The position numbers were made by a program, and so were the translations under genes. A model generated the notes under the pieces. It searched no databases. It was given only the letters and a program-made list of their open reading frames with translations, and was not told the DNA's origin. A stretch of DNA of 48,871 nucleotides from an uncultured Candidatus Saccharibacteria bacterium (GTDB lineage Bacteria > Patescibacteriota > Saccharimonadia > CAILAD01 > GCA-016700035): contig CALKUN010000113.1 of NCBI GenBank assembly GCA_937996675.1, positions 1 to 48,871 of the forward strand, given 5' to 3'. This document shows positions 45,348-48,871 of the stretch, one piece after another (position 1 is the first letter of the stretch; every line of letters starts with the position of its first letter).

Positions 45348-45680
45348 ATGAACTTTAAACGCGTAAAAATATCCATCAATGTTCCGGCCGAGGCGACTGC
45401 AAAAGTACAGGAAGCGCTTGGAGAAGCCGGTGCAGGTGTGATCGGCGAGTATTCATTCTGTAGCTTTGTCATCAAGGGCACAGGATATTCGATACCAAGC
45501 GACAAGGCTCATCCATATAAGGGCTCTGCTAACCAGCTGGAAGTATCGGATGAGGACCGCCTCGAAGTAATCTGTGATCGAGATAAGGTACATGCTGCAA
45601 TCGACACCATGAAGGCTGTCCACCCTCACGAAGAGGTGGCTTTTGATATTGTGCCGCTCTTGAGTAGGGAAGATATTTAG
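45348..45680 (+). CDS. Stand-alone NIF3/YqfO cap-domain-like (PII-fold) protein
   Basis: VKISINVPAEATAKVQEALGEAGAGVIGEYSFCSF...GTG and AVHPHEEVAFDIVPL resemble the inserted domain of Nif3-family proteins. Confidence 0.55.
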   Translation: MNFKRVKISINVPAEATAKVQEALGEAGAGVIGEYSFCSFVIKGTGYSIPSDKAHPYKGSANQLEVSDEDRLEVICDRDKVHAAIDTMKAVHPHEEVAFDIVPLLSREDI

Positions 45681-46019
45681 ATGCCCGAGATCACCTACGA
45701 CAACTTTGCTGCGGTGGATATCCGTGTGGGAAAGATCGTGGCGGTCGAAGACTTTCCAGAAGCTCGCAAGCCAGCTTATAAGCTGACGGTCGATTTTGGT
45801 GACGAGATTGGTACGAAGCGATCCAGTGCTCAGCTTACTAAGCACTACACAAAGGAAGACCTCAAAGATCGACTCGTTCTCGGCGTAGTAAACTTTCCGC
45901 CACGACAAATCGGACCATTCATGAGTGAATGTCTGACACTCGGCGTACCAGACGAAACGGGCGAGTGTGTTCTTGTGCAGCCTGACACGGGCGCCGTAAT
46001 AGGCGGAAAGCTCTACTAA
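45681..46019 (+). CDS. tRNA-binding domain protein (CsaA/YgjH-like)
   Basis: F..VDIRVGKIV.VE.FPEARKPAYKL.VDFG...SSAQ pattern of CsaA/EMAP-type OB folds. Confidence 0.85.
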   Translation: MPEITYDNFAAVDIRVGKIVAVEDFPEARKPAYKLTVDFGDEIGTKRSSAQLTKHYTKEDLKDRLVLGVVNFPPRQIGPFMSECLTLGVPDETGECVLVQPDTGAVIGGKLY

Positions 46020-46492
46020 TGCATCTCTACAAACTACTCATCTTCGATTGGGAAGGGTGCCTGGTTCAGCTTGGCGCCAAGGCCGAGCTATCCGATGGTG
46101 TGGAGGAGTTTCTCAAAAAGCTTCACTCGGATGGTGTGAAGCTAGCTATTGTGACAAACGGCGGCACCGCCCAGTTTGATCGCCCAGCCGAGTTTGCTGC
46201 GCTCAAACCGCTCTTCGCGACTATCATTACCGCCCATGATGTTGAGCGATCTAAGCCACACCCTGAAGGTATAGAAAAAATATTGACTCAATTGGACCTC
46301 ACGCCAGATGATGCACTTATGGTGGGGGATACAGAACGAGACATTATGGCTGGACGGACTGCAGGACTCGATACGGCACTATATTTACCAGATCAGAACG
46401 CGGCTTCTTATCAGGATAAGGATATTGGACAGCTTGATCCCACATATACCTTTCGTAGCTTTGCAGAGCTCAAGTCACTCATATTGGTCTAA
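46019..46492 (+). CDS. Short HAD-superfamily hydrolase
   Basis: Motif I-like FDWEG, motif III/IV VGDTERDIMAGRTAG. 157 aa. TAATG overlap with the upstream gene. Confidence 0.65.
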   Translation: MHLYKLLIFDWEGCLVQLGAKAELSDGVEEFLKKLHSDGVKLAIVTNGGTAQFDRPAEFAALKPLFATIITAHDVERSKPHPEGIEKILTQLDLTPDDALMVGDTERDIMAGRTAGLDTALYLPDQNAASYQDKDIGQLDPTYTFRSFAELKSLILV

Positions 46493-46497
46493 AACCA

Positions 46498-46526
46498 TTG
46501 ACAAATAGGCAATAACATGCTATTAT
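46498..46526 (+). promoter_or_regulatory. sigma70-type promoter of GC-rich cassette H
   Basis: TTGACA (46498-46503), a 17-nt spacer, then TATTAT (46521-46526). Confidence 0.6.
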
Positions 46527-46562
46527 GTCTGGTATCCGTTTACCGACGAAAGGCTTCCCCCT

Positions 46563-46694
46563 ATGTCACACACGGAAGACAAGAAAGCACCGCAGCACAA
46601 GTCGTCCTGGCCGAAAGGCCTTGTCGTCCTGGGCAGCAACTCTTGGGGTCGCGAAGCCCCTCTCAACACGCATTCCCCGTACCAGCCGAAGTAA
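46563..46694 (+). CDS. Possible 43-aa upstream ORF within the cassette H leader
   Basis: The unlisted ORF MSHTEDKKAPQHKSSWPKGLVVLGSNSWGREAPLNTHSPYQPK has fairly high G/C at third positions but only a weak GAAAGG 13 nt upstream. Confidence 0.3.
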   Translation: MSHTEDKKAPQHKSSWPKGLVVLGSNSWGREAPLNTHSPYQPK

Positions 46695-46734
46695 TTCCCT
46701 TCATTCCCCACATTTCTACACGGAGGTAGAATAC

Positions 46735-46965
46735 ATGCGCAAGCGCCAGACCAAGCCCACCGCCCACCCCACTTCTCTCGACACGTTGAGCTACCGGCTC
46801 CTCTGTTTCGGTCGTCGGGCCAACCAGGTGGCGTCCATGCCGTTCCATCCGAAGCGGGTCGACCTGACCCAATTCGCGGAGCCCGCGATCCATCGCTCGC
46901 CGTCCTTCGGTGACGACCCGCACGTCGTGGTCAGGCTCAGTCAGCGTGACCTCGTCTTGGCCTAG
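46735..46965 (+). CDS. GC-rich orphan protein H (76 aa), no family recognised
   Basis: GGAGG SD 8 nt upstream of the ATG. Third codon positions are almost all G/C. The in-frame upstream part of track ORF 46525 lacks that bias. Confidence 0.55.
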   Translation: MRKRQTKPTAHPTSLDTLSYRLLCFGRRANQVASMPFHPKRVDLTQFAEPAIHRSPSFGDDPHVVVRLSQRDLVLA

Positions 46966-47012
46966 CCAAGACAACCCCTTCCGGGTCCCCATTCTCGCCA
47001 CACGGCCAGAAA

Positions 47013-47032
47013 GGGGACCCGTCCCCATTTTT
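47013..47032 (+). terminator. Terminator-like hairpin after cassette H
   Basis: GGGGA-CCCG-TCCCC followed by ATTTTT. An alternative longer pairing is GGGTCCCC (46983) with GGGGACCC (47013). Confidence 0.45.
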
Positions 47033-47123
47033 ACTCTTGTAAAATGCTTACTGTTCGGGTATCATTCGGTATTATTATCACTTATTCCGCCCCTCTCTTA
47101 TTTGAGGCTAGTTAGAAATATTT

Positions 47124-47924
47124 ATGAAAGTCCTACACATCGGCGATATCGTAGCCCGTCTCGGTCGCCGCACTGTCCAGAAGCTCTTACCCGATCTCAT
47201 AGCTGAGTACGGGATTGATCTCGTCATCGCACAGTCAGAGAATGTGACGACCGGCAATGGCCTTACAATCAAGGCAATACATGAGCTCATGGGAGCTGGT
47301 GTTAATGCTTTTACCGGTGGCAATCACAGCTTCCGCAAAGAAGTCTTTCGCTCATATTTTCAAGACCCCAGCGTCCCCGTCCTCCGACCGGCTAACTATC
47401 CAGCCGATCGTCCAGGCCGAGGATCGATGCTGGTGGAGACCCCATACGGCCCCTTTTTACTCATATCTGTAGAAGCTGCTCGTTACAATGCTGATCAGTC
47501 TGAACTTGGTCATCCGCTCAAGGTAGTCGATGAAATCCTGAAGAAGTACGAACATACCCAGCTAGCTGGCTCGCTCATCGATATGCACGGCGACCTTACC
47601 AGTGAAAAAGTCGCCGCCGGCTATCACTTTGATGGGCGGGCGAGTGTGGTCGTAGGTACGCATACACACGTCCCAACAGCCGATGCGCGTGTATTGCCGG
47701 GCGGAACGGCAACGATTACGGATGTTGGAATGGTCGGTGGAGCTGGGACAGTCTTGGGGGTAGACAAAGACATCATTATCGGTCGATGGCTCGATGACCA
47801 GCCGCGTCGACATGAAGTGCCGACTCACGGTGAGGCAGTCTTTAATGCTGTCCTGGTGGACATTGATACAGCTACCGGAAAAGCCCGTTCGATTCAACAA
47901 ATCCTCCGTACGACTACGATCTAA
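47124..47924 (+). CDS. ymdB: YmdB-family metallophosphoesterase (2',3'-cyclic-nucleotide phosphodiesterase-like)
   Basis: Collinear along its whole length with B. subtilis YmdB as I recall it: GDIV, ENVTTGNG, GGNH, RPANYP, DMHGDLTSEK, GTHTHVPTAD, ITDVGM. Confidence 0.9.
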   Translation: MKVLHIGDIVARLGRRTVQKLLPDLIAEYGIDLVIAQSENVTTGNGLTIKAIHELMGAGVNAFTGGNHSFRKEVFRSYFQDPSVPVLRPANYPADRPGRGSMLVETPYGPFLLISVEAARYNADQSELGHPLKVVDEILKKYEHTQLAGSLIDMHGDLTSEKVAAGYHFDGRASVVVGTHTHVPTADARVLPGGTATITDVGMVGGAGTVLGVDKDIIIGRWLDDQPRRHEVPTHGEAVFNAVLVDIDTATGKARSIQQILRTTTI

Positions 47925-47977
47925 TCCTTTTCATACCTCTTACGTTCTCGGTATGACTGCGTTACAATGAAAACAAT

Positions 47978-48871
47978 ATGGCTCGCCAAAACTCACAGCT
48001 AGCCCCGTCATCTCGCGACGAACTCGTCCGTGAGCTCCGTCGCTCGCGCCGACGCATCAATATCTTTCGTGATATAGCCGTAGCCGACCAGGCTTCTGTG
48101 CTCGAAGTCGCGCCGCCAGCTCTGCAGCGCAAGATTTTCACGAGCCTACATAATGATGAGATTATTGCGCTGCTCAATCCGCTCGATCCTGACAGAGCTA
48201 CCCAGCTGATCCGCCAGCTTCCGCAGAAACGCGGTACCCGTATCACCAACGAACTCTCCGCTCAGCTCAAGGAAAAGGTTGAGTTTCTTTTGCGTTTTCA
48301 TCCACAGACTGCAGCTGGCATGATGAACACCGACTATCTCATTGCGACGCCAGACATGAAATTTGGTGAGCTCGCCGGAATCATCGAAAAACATGAGGCC
48401 AAGACTGGACGATTCCCGACGACGCTGTGCGTGTCAGGCAAGAAGCTTATCGGTGAGTTGCCGGGGCACATATTGGCACTCAAGCCAGCTAGCACCAGAG
48501 TAGGGGACAACTGTCGCAAGATTGCATCTATGCAATACAACGCAGACGAACGCAGTGTGGTCAGCAAGTTTGTGAGTCATCCGCACGACAAGGTGGTCGT
48601 GTTGGATGATGATAAAAGCATTCTCGGTATCGTCCACTCCGATGACGTACTGTCACTACTCGATCGCCGGGCGCTTCATGATCTCTTTAACTTTGCTGGT
48701 GTCTCGCACGAAGAAGATGCTCTCGACTCGGCATGGAGCAAGTTTAAGAGTCGATATCTCTGGCTCATCATTAACCTCGCGACAGCCTTCCTAGCCGCCT
48801 CAGTCGTCGGCTCGTTCGAAGACACGATCTCAAAGTTTACTCTCCTAGCAGTCTATATGCCGATCGTTGCG
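47978..48871 (+). CDS. mgtE: Magnesium transporter MgtE, C-terminus beyond window end
   Basis: It is not in the ORF track because no stop is reached. An N-domain and CBS pair (VVVLDDDKSILGIVHSDDVL) are followed by the start of the TM domain (RYLWLIINLATAFLAA...AVYMPIVA). TACAAT lies 9 nt upstream of the ATG. Confidence 0.88.
   Translation, partial: MARQNSQLAPSSRDELVRELRRSRRRINIFRDIAVADQASVLEVAPPALQRKIFTSLHNDEIIALLNPLDPDRATQLIRQLPQKRGTRITNELSAQLKEKVEFLLRFHPQTAAGMMNTDYLIATPDMKFGELAGIIEKHEAKTGRFPTTLCVSGKKLIGELPGHILALKPASTRVGDNCRKIASMQYNADERSVVSKFVSHPHDKVVVLDDDKSILGIVHSDDVLSLLDRRALHDLFNFAGVSHEEDALDSAWSKFKSRYLWLIINLATAFLAASVVGSFEDTISKFTLLAVYMPIVA

Noticed and set aside
46663-47028. 121-aa minus-strand ORF opposite cassette H
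   Set aside because: It is a shadow ORF in G+C-rich DNA. It would run through the plus-strand terminator and has no start signals.

Overview
This 48.9-kb window has a roughly 50% G+C backbone of mostly plus-strand housekeeping genes. The backbone includes a P-type ATPase, tilS-ftsH, murJ, lepA, the hrcA-grpE-dnaK-dnaJ heat-shock operon with two CIRCE operators, comEC, yebC, ruvC/ruvA/ruvB, type IV pilus genes (pilB and a pilin), tsaE/tsaB, a ymdB-like gene and mgtE. It also carries three tRNAs: two with anticodon CAT and one Lys-TTT. Several reduced or unusual genes suggest a reduced Patescibacteria/CPR genome, probably Saccharibacteria-like, but this is inference only. These are a 234-aa HrcA, a 130-aa TsaB, a cysteine-free DnaJ, a ComEC without a beta-lactamase domain, a lamin-tail-domain surface protein and an orphan TrpC-like gene. 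Biosynthetic operons are absent from the window.

Two things stand out:
1. At least eight clearly G+C-rich orphan ORFs sit in intergenic slots of conserved operons. Their third codon positions are dominated by G/C, and long shadow ORFs appear on both strands. Each has its own near-consensus sigma70-type promoter, and most also show a recognisable Shine-Dalgarno and a hairpin terminator. They include a tandem trio at 23.5-25.1 kb and a WhiB-like Fe-S regulator gene that splits ruvC from ruvA.
2. A translationally coupled cluster at 25.7-30.3 kb encodes a MurF-like Mur ligase and three RimK-type ATP-grasp ligases. One ligase is fused to a RimB/DUF785-like aspartic peptidase domain. A 429-aa G+C-rich orphan gene follows directly.

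I saw no rRNA genes, CRISPR array, integrase, transposase or prophage structural genes. All family calls rest on motif recognition by eye. No database searches or exact composition statistics were run.
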